Assembly (NCBI RefSeq): GCF_009914755.1
Contig: NC_060936.1
Reading direction: 5' to 3' (one strand)
DNA: 64,000 bases
From: the human T2T-CHM13v2.0 reference genome, Homo sapiens
The notes below the pieces were generated by a model that saw only the letters and a list, made by a program, of their open reading frames with translations, was not told the origin of the DNA and made no database searches. How positions within the stretch are numbered: the stretch's first letter is position 1; each line of letters starts with the position of its first letter. The position numbers and the translations under genes are program-made. Positions 50,385-64,000 of this stretch are shown here, in pieces.

Positions 50385-51732
50385 TTTTAAAAAATCGACT
50401 TCATTTTTTAGAACAGTTTTCTATTTACAGAAAAATTGAGATAGTTCAGAGAGTTCACATATACCCTCTCACCCAGTTTCTCCTATTAACATCTTACATT
50501 AGTGTGGAATATTTGTTATAATTATAAATGAATATTGGTACGTAATTATTAACTAAAGCCCATTTTTTTCATACTTTCTTAGTTTTTACCTAATGTCCTT
50601 TTTCTGTTCCAGGATTCTATCCAGGATACCACACATTTAGTCCTTCTGTCTCCTTAGTCTTCTCTTGGCTGTGACAGTTTCTCAGACTTTTCTTATTTTT
50701 GATGACCTTGGCAGGTTTGAGGAGTCATGATCAGGCATTTTGCAGGATGCTCCTCTGCCGGAATTTGTCTGGTATTTTTCTCATAACTAGATTGGGGTTA
50801 TGGTTTTTTTGGAGGAAGATCACAGAGGTTAAGTACCATTTTCATCACATCATATTAAAGGTATATGCGAACAACACGTCATCACTTTTGATATTGACCT
50901 TGACCACATGGCTGAGGTAGTGTTTGTTAGGTTTCTTCACTGTAAACATACTTTTTTCCCCTCCTTTTCCTAGTGTATTCTTAGGAAGAAAGTCACTACA
51001 CACAGCCTACACTTAAAAAAGAGTAGGGATTTATGTTCCCCATCCTTGAAGGCAGAGTATCTCTACATAAATTATTTGGAATTCCTCTACAAGCGAGAGA
51101 AGTCTCTTTTTCTCTTTTATTTTTATTTATTATCATTATTTTTCATTTTTTAGAGGCAGGGTATTACTCTGTCACTCAGACTAGAGTACAATGGCATGAT
51201 CATAGCTCACTGCAGCCTCAAACTCATGGGCTATAGTGATCCTTCCACCTCAACCCCCCGAGTACCTGGAACTACAAGTGTGCAGCACCATGCCCAGCTA
51301 ATTTTTTATTTTTTTTTATAGAGAAGGGGGTCTCGCTATGTTGCCCAGGCTGGTCTTGAACTCCTGGGCTCAAGTCTTTTCTTTATTTAATCAATCACTT
51401 ATTTATATCAGTATAGACTCATGGATATTAATTTTATACTTTGAATTATAATCAATACTACTTTATTTATTTTTGTTGCTCATATTGTTCCAGGTTTGGC
51501 CATTGAGAGCTTTTTCAGTTGGCTCCTTTGTCCCTTTGATGTATTCCCATCAATGTGGGGTGTATTTTTTTTGTTGTGTTTTTGAGTGCCTCTTACTTTT
51601 TGGCACTTCTTGATGATCCAGGTTTATCTTGTATATTTCCTGCCCTAGTCCTAGAATCAGCCATTTCTTCAAGGAGTCCTGGTTTTCTTTATTAGAGAGT
51701 AGTGTTGGAAACCAAAATCTGAATGGTAGGTG
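50385..51732 (-). mobile_element. L1MC-type 3' region, interrupted by AluJ
   Basis: ttttagaacagtttt...tttacagaaaaattg...ctgttccaggat...atccaggataccacac...cagccatttcttcaaggagtcctgg. Confidence 0.7.
51115..51375 (-). mobile_element. AluJo-like, 5'-truncated
   Basis: gatcatagctcactgcagcctcaaactc...gtctcgctatgttgcccaggctggtcttgaactcctgggctcaag. Confidence 0.88.
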
Positions 51733-52905
51733 GCCTCTCTGCTTTGACTTTTTCCCCTGTAGTTCATTCTCCACATAACAGGGTGAAGATTTAAGTACAT
51801 TTAAATTATATTGCAACCTGTGATGGGTTATCCTTATATCTTTCAAAATCACAACTCCTTACAATGGTGTTTAAAGTTGTGGTCTACCCTTACCTGCTTC
51901 TATGATTTTATCTCTTAGCATTCTCTGTCTCATTCATTCCTTCCTGGATGCATTGGCCTCCCGTCACCCTGCCTTTTTTCTTTCTTCTTCCCCCTCCCCT
52001 CTTCCTAATTTTAACCCCCAAATTATTAACTAATGATTTTTAATGTAGTATTGTCTAAATAGTATTACCTTCCTTACTAAAAGGAATAATGTAATGATCA
52101 ATTTTATAACTTATAGTTACCATTATATATAATAAGTTATATAACAATGGTGCGTTTAGGCCCTAATGAGCTACATAGGACTCTCTTTGCCTTCTAAATA
52201 ATTCTAGAGAGTTCTGTAAAGTGAAAAGCATGCTCCTCCTTTATCTTCTCATCCACATTTATGTCCTCAGAGGCTATTGAAGTGTCCAAAGTGCTAGTCA
52301 ACTCTGTATTGCTCTTGTCTGAGATTTTTACAGCTTTAAACTTTTAGAGTCTGTCAGTAATTGTGTCTAGAACTAGCCCGCTAGCCATAACTTCTATTAT
52401 TCTATTCCTGATTACAACCTAAGGCAGAAATGAAAATTTCCAGGGAATATAAGAAAATAAATATTATGTATAAAACTGGTAGAGTAAATTTTACTAACCC
52501 CTAATCTGCTTCATCCCCCAGAGAACACATGGCAAGTGTGTACACAACACCAATCTTGAAAGACAAGACCAAGAAACAAATGCATAAGCAAATAAATGCA
52601 TTGGAAATTGTCACAAAGTGATATGAAGAGACAAAGATCCCATTGATTAGAATCTTCTGGTATGCTACTGGTGGTCTCCAGTAATTTGCAGAAGCAGCTG
52701 CCCAATGGCCAAAATTCAGGTTAAGCACTTTGGCAGAATATGTTTGAAAATAGTGATGAGGAGTAGGGAAGTAAAACACATTTTGTAAAATGAGTTAAAG
52801 TGTGGAAGAACTGTATACGTTTTGTTTGATTTGGCTAACTTCTAGGTTTTTGGCTTTTATTGGAGGTTTGGGGTTGCTAAGTGGCTGACTGTAGAAGAAG
52901 TGAAA

Positions 52906-53284
52906 TGTATGAGTTTGCCAGGACTGCCATAACAAAGTATCACACACTGGGAGACTTGACAGAATTTTATTGTCTCACAGTTTTGGAGGGTTGAAGTCCA
53001 AGATCAAGATGTCACCAGGTCTGATGTCTTCTGAGGTCTCTCGTTGGCTTGTAGATGGTTATCTTCTCCCTGTGTCTTCCCCTGGCCTTGTCTCTGTGTG
53101 TGTCTGTCTTAATTTCCTCTTTTTATAAGGTCACTAGTCACATTGGATTAGGGTCCCCCTGGATGACATTTTAACTTGATTAACTCTTTAAAAATGTTTT
53201 TTCCAAATACAGTCACATTCTGAGATATTAGGGGTTAAAATATCAACATACGAATTTTGGGGGAACATAATTCATCCAATAACA
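52906..53284 (-). mobile_element. MaLR solo LTR (MLT1A-C-like)
   Basis: tgtatgagttt...gccataacaaagta...gaagtccaagatcaag...cacattggattaggg...ataattcatccaataaca with TG...CA ends. Confidence 0.85.
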
Positions 53285-56200
53285 TGAAGGTATACTCTGT
53301 TCTCTTTAGTGTTATTTTCTTAGCATTGTGAATTTATTCTCAGTAGATAAAAGGCCTTGACTTTAAAAAGCCTCATTCTCTGTGGAGATATAAATATACA
53401 CAAGAAACAATTACATTATTTTAGAGGAAACATAAATCACATAGACAGGAATTCAGAGAAGGTGAATATCAACAAGGCCTAGGGAAGAATTGTAGAAGCT
53501 GGGAGCCAAAAATGGCCTTACAAATTATTTATTTTTTCAGCATTCTCTATCTGTAGGTTTGAGTTCTACAGATGCACCTTTTCGTCCCCTCACACTTACT
53601 TTTTCCTCTGTTCCCTTCTCTCTGTTTTCCTCTTTCTTTATTCCTGGGAATGCAGGGAAAAAAAGTAGGTAATTTACCTTTTTAATGGGATAGCTTGTGT
53701 GGGGCAACATTGCCTCACTTCAGTAACTTAATTTCACTAATGAGAAGAATGGGGTTCACAAGTTAAATGATTTGTCCAGGTTTCTGACCTAGAATCCAGG
53801 TCTTCTGATTCTTACTGCACTATGCACTCAAGTGCATTGTGCCACTATTTTAGTGGGAGAATGTTTTATTTGTGTTTTAAGAACAAATAAGATTGCTTTT
53901 CCATATTGCATAATTAGGTCATTTGTGTTATTTTCCATTAGCCTTCCCTCTTAAACATTTCCAATTTCTTCAGCTATTTTTATTACTATTCTCTTATTTT
54001 TTTCCTACATAATTTTGGCATCCATATTAAAGTTTCGCCTCACATAAGATCTTAACCAAAGTAATAATTCTTTCTTTTATAATATAGTGCTATTTTTTTT
54101 TAAACTTAGCTTTACTAGTACTTGTACCACAAGTATGATATTACTAATTGTACTTGTGGCCATAGGTAAACTTCACTTAGCATCATTGTTTCGATGAAAG
54201 CTACCTTTTACTCAACTTCTAATATGTGTCAGGACCACCTAGGTACTTTATGGTATCGTCTCATTTAATCCACACAAACGTTTTTAAAGGTGAATATGTT
54301 ACCTGTTTTATAGATGGTAAGACTCAAAATGGTCATTGACTTCTCTAAAGTTGCATAGGGTGGAAAGTGGGAGAGCTGGGACTTAGCTTGTTCTGTTTGT
54401 CTCTGTTGGCTCCTTTCCCACAACTGTTACGTGAATATGGACAAGAAATAGACCTATTTGCTTACGATGTGTACCTCTGATGCCTACACAGAGCCTGCTT
54501 CCTCAGAGGTCAATTTGTGGAAAAATGAATGTGGCCCACAGCTTCTAAATATATTTTTATATACCTTTTGCTCTTTTAGTTTCTTTGAGTCATTTTTATG
54601 TCTCAATTTGTTCTCCCAGATATTAATGTTTTGTAATGAATTTAGACTTCTTCTTGGAACATGATTTATTCCTTCTTGATATTGGCAAATCTTAAGACTT
54701 TGGCGTGATTTAATTTAGTGATATATCTTAACCAAACAACCATAAATCTCATTTTCACATTAAAGTTAAAAGACGTATAGTACTATATTTTGTTAAACCA
54801 CATGATTTGTCATAATAGTTGTAATTGTATCATGTTTTCAAAGTGGCTTGACTGAATTCTTGCTGTTCTTTTGCTCATGATTATCCTGATTTCTAAATTT
54901 CTGGGTTTTAAAATTCTATTTTTTTCAGTTTTTTAAAAAATTAACCGTAAAATTAATGGGCACCTTTTATTTAAATCATTATTATCGAAATGTAACATAG
55001 AGGCCTAAGTTTTAAACACAGTGAATAGCTAACTCATAACCTACTGCTGCTTAGTTAATATGTTGGGTTAAAAGGATAGAAATACCCAAGTAAAAGTGGA
55101 CTGGCAATGCCAGACCCTACTATCTAATTCAGTGAGGACTCTAGAGAAAGGCAGGTTTGGAATAGAAATGATATCAGAGTTGTGGGCTGGGATTTCTGTG
55201 ATTCTCTTGGTGTCCCTCTCAGGGCTGCAAGATTGCTATAGCAGTTCTAAGTGGCATATCCTTATGTGGTATTTTCAAAGGCAGGAAAGAGGGAAAGATA
55301 GAAAAAGGGCCTTCTCCCTAAATCATCTCTCTCATTTTCATGCAGAAAAATCCTTTCTGAGAAGCATCACCAGCAGACTTTACCTTTCCTCTCACTGCTC
55401 AGGACTGGATTAAGTGCTTCTCCTTGTACCAGTCACTGACAACAAATAGGGTTGCCATGATTGGCTTAGTCCAATCGTGATTCATCCCTGGGGAGTGCAC
55501 ATTTTTTAGCACTCTTCAAAATGGGAATTCTGTTTTTAAGACAGGCTATTAGGTAGGCAATTAATAGTGTCTGCCACTATTACTGAACTCCTTTAGTATG
55601 ATCAAATAGCTATTATGCACAAATGTACAATTACAACTCTGATGAGTGCAAAGGAATGACTGGTGCTATGAAATGAAAGGGATTTAATCGAGCCTGCCCA
55701 CTCTTCTTCAAATAATTGATAATTAGGCTAAGATGTGGAGAAAGTTTCAGAAGTTAGGTAGGCAAAGGGGTTAAGGTATAGTAGAGTGGGGGAGGGAGGA
55801 GGAAGCATTCCACGCAGAGGAAGCATATTGTGTTCATGTAAATTGAAAGGGCACATAAATATTCACTGCTGTTCTCACTAGTCACTGGTCGGTGAAGGCC
55901 TTTGAGTTACTTCTAGGGGTAGAAGAAATTGGTAGACCTTGTAGGTCTACAAGTAGGATGCTGAAATACTGGAATTTCTGAAAAATTTCCATGTGTTGAA
56001 GGGACAACAGAGCAGATTATTTGACTTGGATTGTTTTACAAAATTCTTGCTGTAGAGTTGCCATATATAATGCGCTTACAGACAAAAATCAGGCTGTCAC
56101 CCCTGCTCCTTCTAACAGTTGCCTGCAGCTAGAATCTTTAGTTGATATCAGTTAAAAACATTAAGAACAGCACCCTCACTTCTCTGACACCTTCTGCAAT

Positions 56201-56720
56201 GCTAATTTCTGTACTTGATACTTACATGATTCCCATTTTAAAATTTTTGATACAGTTGAACATTAAATGAAAAACAATGTTCTCTGAGATTTTGTGGGTT
56301 TCCCCAGAGAGACAATAAAATAAAATATCTTTTGGCTTCAATACACATAGAATTTTTGTGGACACTGGGCTATTCTCTGCAAGGATAAAATGGTAGTTTT
56401 ATAAATTTGTCCAGGAGTATACAGCTGTAACCAATGACTAAAAGTGACCTCTTTTGAAAATTTGCAACTCTATTATCAAAAGAATGCATATATTACATAA
56501 TTTAATTATTTAAAAAGCATTCATGATACTCGAATTCTCCTAGTGTCTACCCTTTCTGGCTTACAATTCATGAAAATTTCATTTTCATGTTTAAAAATTT
56601 GGAAGTTTTTATTTAAATCTTGTAAAATGTGGCAATATTGCTATGGTGGATAGGATACAGGCTCAACTGTTCTGACAAGACTCCAAAATAATAGTGGCTT
56701 AAAAAAAAATAACAGCTTGG

Positions 56721-57021
56721 GGCCGGGCGTGGTGGCTCACACCTGTAATCCTAGCACTTTGGGAGGATGAGACAGGCGGATCACTTGAGGTCAGGAGTTC
56801 AAGACCAGCCTGGCCAACATGGTGAAACCCCGTCTCTACTAAAAATAGAAAAATTAGCTGGGTGTGATGGCACATGTCTGTAATCCCAGCTACTTGGGAG
56901 GCTGAGGCAGGAGAATTGCTTGAACCCGGGAGGTGGAGGTTGCATTGAGCTCATAACATGTTCCTGGGCAACAGAGTGAGATTCTGTCTTAAAAACACAC
57001 AAACAAACAAACACAAAAAAC
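56721..57021 (+). mobile_element. AluS with a small deletion near the 3' end, inserted in an old MLT1-like LTR (about 56640-57400)
   Basis: Alu dimer; TSD aaaataacagcttgg / aaaataacagttgg; flanks contain aataatagtggcttaaa and gaacttagtcatatgg. Confidence 0.9.
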
Positions 57022-59809
57022 AAAATAACAGTTGGAGATTCATATGGCAGTTGCATAGGTGCCTTCTATCTTATTGATTTACTATTCTAATATCAGTTTT
57101 TCCCTCATGATCTAGGAATGGCTACTTCAGCTCCTGGAATTACATTCACATTCCAGCCAGTGGCAAGAAACAGAAAGAAGGGAAGGGTACATTCCTTCCC
57201 TATAAGGGAATAACTCAGATGTTATCACCTCACTTTTGCTTGTATCCTTTTGGCAAGAACTTAGTCATATGGGTACAACTAGCAACAAGGCAGTTGGGAA
57301 ATAATGTGGAAATATGTCTGTGTGCCCACTTAAAACTCAGAGATTTTCTAAAATTAAAAGGGGGAGGATGAATATTGGAAGGCAGTAACATTCTGTGCTA
57401 TAATCACCATCTTTTGGCAGTTGCCAAAAGAAACGGTTGAATAGTTTTGAACTTAGATGTGAGTATATAATTTGGGGTAAAATGGGTGTCTGTGGAGACA
57501 CAATTATATTTATGCATGTTATACCCTATTTTATGCAATTTTGTATCCCTACCATCTAGCATAGTATACTACTAAAAATAAACACGTAAAAATATGTTTG
57601 GAATGAATGACCATCCTTCTTTTCTTTTCTTGTGCAATCCTTATTAGATATGTATCTTTCTTTTTACATTTGCCGTATATTCATCCTTATCCATATTTCA
57701 CTTCCCTTCTCAAAGGGGATTTAAGAGTCGAGGTGATCATAGTTCATAGTATGTTAGAGGAGTACTTTGTATCTCTGTGTGTTTAAGTCTGTATGTAAAA
57801 TCTAATAGGAATCTGAATTAACTTAAAACAACAAAGGACCAGTTTTCCCTATCCCCAAATTGACAGTTTTAACTTCTATTATCATGTTTTAATTATCAAT
57901 AGAGTAGCTGTATTCTTTTGAGTGTTCAGTACTGTATCTGAGAATTCTGCAGATTTTTTTAAATTGATACCCAAGGCCATTAATTGGTTTGTGAAGATGT
58001 TTTCTCTGCACCTTACGTGTATATTTTATGTATTGATCAGCTATCCCTGGAGAAGATAAGATAATCTGAGGAATAAAAGTGTTCTGACATGATTTTTTTT
58101 TTTTTGTATCTCAGAATTAGGTATTCTATAGACATTTTGATCATTTATCTTGTTTTTGGCCTTCTGTTAATATACAGATTCATTTGTTCGTGTGTTAATT
58201 TATACTACACCTTTTTAATAATTCTTAAGTCTCAGGTGCTGCATTCAGTGTTGGGAGCATGAGGATGCATGAGACCCAGTGTGCACCTCACTCAGCTTCG
58301 TGTCAATGCCACACCATGTGGGGAGTGTTGTGCCAGGCCCCCACTGTGGGGTAACTGAGGGGGAAGAAAGGAGCTTGTGAGGCAATGGGGGCAGGCGGGA
58401 TGCTGACATGATTCACGTGAGCCTTGATTGTTGAGAAATAATATGGCAATAGTTCCATTTGATGGGAGTGATACATACAAAGTGTGAGTTAGAGATGGAT
58501 TGGAGAGCTGGATCATGGAGGACCCTTTATACGCCATGCAGAGGAGTGGGCACTTAATGTCGCCAGGTCAGTGGCTTTCAAACCTTTTTGTCCACAACCC
58601 ATAGTAATGCATATGTTTTTACATGGTGACTTATTACTAGGCCTGGACCTAACATTTGCAGGGCCTGGGCAAGAGGACAAATGGTAGCATAGATACATAC
58701 TGTATAGCTAAATAGTTAAAACTCAAGGCAAAAAACTGTTAGAAAAGGATATACCAACCTATCTTGACACATACACCTTATAATGAAAAATGATACCAAA
58801 TGACTGAGAGTAATGCAAATTTAAAATTAATTTTGTCTTCCACCAAAAGACTATGAATTTACCCTGAGGAAATGCCAGGACAGTGGTAACTGGGCCAAGC
58901 TGGGGGAGAGGAGGGAAAGGCTCACTCAGCCTTCTCTTCCAATGGCCATGGAATCTGTAGATAAATACCTCCTTTCTCTTGCTCTTTTTTGGGGGAGGGG
59001 TGCTTTCATTTCTGCCAGAGGCTCTGGGCCCCCACCCATTGCTCCTTCTATACCCAACAGCCAGGCATCGAGTTCCAAAGTGATCTAGTCCATGACAATC
59101 CAGTCCAAGGGCAACCTCTGGCCACCAGGTGCTCTCAGCCACTCACCCTCACAGGAGGGTTTGCATTAAGAGTTCTCTGAGCAGGAATGTGAAGAAGTAT
59201 TGAGACAGGGGGCCCCTGCTTTCTATGCCACACCTTTTTCCCATCTTTTAGGGCCAAGGGGTCCCTCCAGCCCTCAGGTCCAGGCTCTTTCATTCAGCTG
59301 ACAACTTTTGGCCACTCCTTGGACTGGAGGTACACACATGCTAGTAGTACTACCTGACCTGAAGAAGGGGCCCATGTAGGTCAGAGTAGCAACTTAAGGC
59401 CATTTGGGTAGAGAATGATGGTGATGCTGGTAGTCAGAGATTCAGGTGGAAAAGAGAACTTCCTGGCTGGTGGAAAACAGCACAGGCAGAGGAAGGCCAG
59501 AGCAAAAGCTTCTTGCTCATCATTGGTGGATCTAAAGGGAAGGAGAACATTGGTTATGAGGTTATTCAGCCAAGGAAAGGCCTAAAGATGGTGAAAGTGA
59601 AGATAGAGAGGAGGGGAGGGATGTAGAATCCGCAGATCTTGATGACTAATTAGATATTGGGGGTGCAGAAGAAATCTAGAATAATGCCATCATTTTTGAT
59701 GAGTGCCATTTAAGGCCACAGTGTGACATTCAGGTAGTATTTTGTTTATTATTTGGAAATATGGGTCAAGATATGGTCAAAGAAGTGTTTTCATTTGGAT
59801 AGTTTGTTA

Positions 59810-59920
59810 AGATGGGAATTTCTAGGCCCCACTTACTGAATCAGAATCACCAGGAGAAGTCCTGGGAGTCTGCAGGTGAGCAAACTCCTGCGGTGATTTT
59901 GAGACACATGGGTACCCTAG
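59810..59920. mobile_element. MER5-like DNA transposon fragment
   Basis: aggccccacttactgaatcagaatc...ggagtctgca...ggtgattttgag. Confidence 0.5.
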
Positions 59921-60871
59921 AGAGTGGGAACAGTGTTTCAGGTGGCCTGAGGGCTGAACTCTGGTGCTCACCAATACTTAAGGGACAGGAGGAGGAGGGG
60001 AAGTGACAGACAGACACTGGAAAGAAGTGGGCAGTATGTCCAATGAAAGAGAGAGGTTTAGTAAAGTATGGACAGTGACACGGCTTGTGCATTTAACATT
60101 GGGAAGCTTCTGATAAACCTTAGCAAAGGCAGATTGCACTGATTCAAGGACCGAATATGTTGGGAGATTAGGAAAGGGAGATAGATGATATAGGATATAG
60201 TCTATACATCTTTTTTACATTATAATTTGATTGTAAAGCCAGATGAAAGAGGGATAACAAAGCAAGGCACAGATTTGAAGGAGGCCTTTAAAAACAATTC
60301 TGGAGCACTTATATGATGAAGGGAAGAAGAACCTGTGGAGAACCAGATACTGAATATATGGCAGAGAAAAGGAGTAATTGATATAGCCTTGTTTCAAAGG
60401 AGATGAGAGATGCATTTTAGGACCCAGGAGGAGGGAAGCTTAAGCAGAAGGAAGAACACCTCTGGCTTCTATACAGTTAAGAAGGAGAAAGGGCATGCAT
60501 AGATGCAAAAAATTCTCTTAACAGACATTTGAACACAAACTCTAGTCACAATTTAGGTGTTGTGGCTACAGAGGTTAATAAGGCATGGCTATAGTTGAGT
60601 GGGGGAGATAGATAAGGAAACCAGCAAGATAACATGTGGCAAGTGTTGTTAGAGTTGTGCTAAGAGATGGTGGAAACACAGGGGAGGGCATGAGACAAGG
60701 CTTTGCAGAATTGGAGAGAGGGCAAAATGTGAAAATGGGTTTGTACCTGAAATAGAAGGCAGGGACATGGAAGACAAAGGTTGAGATGAGGACTATGGTA
60801 GGGCCAGGACTTAGGGAAAATGTGCACCAGGATTACGGCAGTGGTGATTGGTAACCATGGATGCAATTTTA

Positions 60872-60960
60872 CGTGTACATGTATATGTGTGTATTACATA
60901 TTACACATATATGTGTATATATTTTACATATATATATACACACACACACACATACACACA
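60872..60960. repeat. Compound (TA)n/(CA)n alternating purine-pyrimidine tract
   Basis: Read directly. Confidence 0.85.
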
Positions 60961-62017
60961 ATCATACAATTATAAGCATCAGCTGAAACTTTGTTTGGGA
61001 GGACTTCAGAAAATGAATGTTTATGACCAAGGAAGCTTCTTGCTTATCCTTCCCTTTCCTCCTTTGATGACTTTTCTTGAGGCTAATTTAGGTACAGAAA
61101 GCCACCGCTTCCAAAAGTGCTTTGGTACCCTGGCATAATTTCAAAGAAATCTCCTTTCCCACTTAGTTAACTACATTTCTCCAGGAAAAAAAAGTCTTGT
61201 CTGTCAATGTAACATCCTTTTAACAGGACTCCCGCTGGTTGGTTCTTGTATCTTGCTGTGGCAGCTGTGAACATATATACTATTGATTGTTGATGTGTCA
61301 TATAAATCCGACTGGAGCATGCCCACTAATTGGTTTGAGAGCTAGATATAGACAATGCTGTTTTATAGTAGCTTGTGTAGATAGGCCTAGTCATAGGGTT
61401 AATTCTGCTTGACAGCACATCAGCAGCATCTTGAGAGTAATTACCTAACAGAAGTTTTCCCACAGCCGAACTGAGAGCTTCAAAGGCTTCTGAATTTACA
61501 ACCAGTATTAACCAATATCTGAAACATAATGTTCCCACAAGAGCTCAGAATTTTTTCTCCTTCTTATTAAATGTATGGGGTTACTAGGTTCATTTGCTGT
61601 GTGCTAAGAACTTAGTGAAAAGTTACTTCGTGTTGAATAATTTCAAACCTTGAATAATAAAGAGAATAATTATGAATTTGGTTTTGTATTGCTTTATTAT
61701 CTTACTGAAACAAGTTAATCTGTAAAGATCAGGTGCCTTTTAAAAAACCGTATTGTATCCTGTTTCACCCAAAAACAAATTTAAAAAGTTAATGTCTTTT
61801 CCATATTGTGCTATCTGTATTGATATTTGCATATTTAGAGGGCCTAGGGTAATGCATGCATATAAAATGATTACAATACATATATATTAACATTTTAGAA
61901 ATATACACTGAAAAATGTAACTATTACCTCCCCTCCCAACCACACCCCCCCCCCCATGAAATAATTGTTCTTTTACAAACAGTTTTTATATTGTAAAAAC
62001 TTTCTTTCTCTTTGCAG

Positions 62018-62046
62018 GTCAGAAACCAAATTTGACTCCGGTTCAG
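62018..62046 (+). CDS. MSRB3: MSRB3 coding microexon (29 nt): (K)SETKFDSGS(G)
   Basis: Acceptor tttctttctctttgcag, donor CAG|gtatgt; continues the frame into the MsrB motif SxxKFDSGxGWP. The remainder of the gene lies beyond the window. Confidence 0.95.
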
Positions 62047-64000
62047 GTATGTTTACATTAATAATGCTCTTCTGAATATATTTTATTTACATTATTCTCT
62101 GAGGAGTAAATCATCAGATCAAGAACCATTTTGATTTTAAACAGACTAGGCGGTTTCTTTCCAAAATGTGAGTCCCACCTCAAAGCAGGGCTATTGACTG
62201 CATCAAATCATAATTTGAGGTGTTCACTTTGGAGTCTTCATAGCTCTGCAATAAGCATTACATGACCTATATCTGCAGAGTTTCATTTTAAAAGCAGAAG
62301 TGGGGGTTATACATACTAATTGCTCAAAGTAGATTATTATTTTCTCAGTGGACAAAGCATCCTGAGTGATTTGAAAATTCTCTTTAGGTTGTCACCAAAT
62401 GTGGGAGATGGATGCATTTAATTCAGCAAACTATAGAGAGTTCAAGCCAATAGAAATAGAAATTTGTCTATGGTTTATTAGCTTGTTTTCTCTTAAAAAA
62501 GTTTTATTGCTAGATGGGTGATAGAAAATGAAGGTCACCTTAAGCCATTATTTTGAATCTATTAAGACAAAATTTACATTCTCACAAGCAGTGGCATATC
62601 AGCCTCTTTAGACATTTTCTTTTCATTAAGCATGAAATGTAGCTATATAATTCTCAGGTTTGACTATGTCATTATGTCACTTGCTGAGATTTATGTGCTT
62701 CAAAGTTTCTGATGGCATTTACAATTAAAGCACAAAAATTGCCTCATATTTCATACAAAGGAATTACGTATGCCCTTTGGTAGACTGTTAACAGATAAAT
62801 AAACATTAATTTTTGAATTCCAGGAGAAAATAATTTACAGAAAAATATATAACTTGTTGAATTTACAAGTAACATTTTTACTCTGGTTCAAGTTTCACTA
62901 TATGGTAACTTTAAAAATGTTTTTACTTATTATATTCACAAAGGAACAAGTGCTATATATTCCTTTTGATAGTAGTGTTAAGGAGACAACACACTTTTTC
63001 TTCTTTATAAGCCTTTTCTTTCTTTTATTGTATGGTTTTGTGAATTTGGTGAGACTCATTAACTATGAAGTCTATACATTTGAGTTAACAAATTTACCTA
63101 GTTTGGTAACTCCAGAAATCTTTGGATCCTGTGTCTTCTGCAGCCTCTGAATCAGATGTATGAATGGTAGTATAAGATAAACATTTTTGGTTGAAAACGC
63201 TGACTATATAGAGACTAAAGGTGGGATGGCATTGTGTCAACTGTTTGACTCCTTGATTCACAAATGGCTCAAAATAAGACGAAAAATCTTTTTCATTTTT
63301 TAAGTTAAAATCTTTAAGTATAATTTAAAAATAAATGAATAAAGTTGATGGAGAGTGTAATTTTACCTAAAAATTACATGTCTCTTTTTTCCCTGCCAGT
63401 CACCAAATATTAATTAAGAACCCACTTCATTATGATCTGATGTAATTCCCTAAACATCAAGTCAGAAACTGGTTTTAGGGTACAGGGTCTGGAATATAGC
63501 TTTTAAAAATGAATACGTCCACTAGGTTCATCTTGAAGGTAGAATTGAAGGTAGAACCTGGAAGTAGTTTACAAAACTGAAATATTAGGCAGCTATTGTC
63601 AAAGTCAGACAATTTATGTTAACTTTTCAAATCCAAATTAAAGTGTGCTGCTAAATTCCTGTACTGAAGGTAAGTATTTATCATGAAAATAGTTATAACA
63701 GCTGTACAGGCACACATCTTTCACTCTTGTGACCAAAGATTTTATGCATGACTTATTTTTTTTCAAGTTCTTATTTAAAAAAAATCTATCATGGACAACA
63801 TCTGCATGTCTTTGAAAACTACAAAGTTCTGTACTCTGAAAAGTCTTAAAGGGGAATACTGATTAAAAGTTTATTTGTTCTTTTAATATTAAACTTAAAT
63901 ATGTTGTGGAAAGAATTCAGATGTTTTCAAATTAAGAAACGGAATTATTTTTTCTTATAAGCTCCTTTTAGCTTATGACTGAAAGAATCATGACAAAGGA

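Overview
Primate, almost certainly human, AT-rich intronic DNA from the 5' half of MSRB3 (zinc-containing methionine-R-sulfoxide reductase B3), transcribed on the + strand. Four GT-AG exons (1558-1684, 19846-19954, 21546-21623, 62018-62046) splice in frame from an ATG at 1609 to give MSAFNLLHLVTKSQPVALRACGLPS-GSCRDKKNCKVVFSQQELRKRLTPLQYHVTQEKGTES-AFEGEYTHHKDPGIYKCVVCGTPLFK-SETKFDSGSG, the mitochondrial-isoform N-terminus with the first CxxC zinc motif. The rest is intron filled with Alu, MIR, L2, old L1M, MaLR and DNA-transposon relics. The most notable structure is a 9-kb nested L1: an older antisense L1PA is interrupted by a younger twin-primed (5'-inverted) L1. The inverted piece leaves about 853 uninterrupted ORF2 codons (EN+RT) on the host sense strand. 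The two L1s share at least eight apparently non-consensus variants, which suggests local gene conversion. Other oddities are an AluYd8-like arm inserted into an AluSc linker, two non-tandem local duplications, a 147-nt hairpin and a palindromic repair scar. I see no support for a new protein-coding system. Repeat subfamily labels come from remembered consensus sequences and need RepeatMasker/Dfam confirmation.
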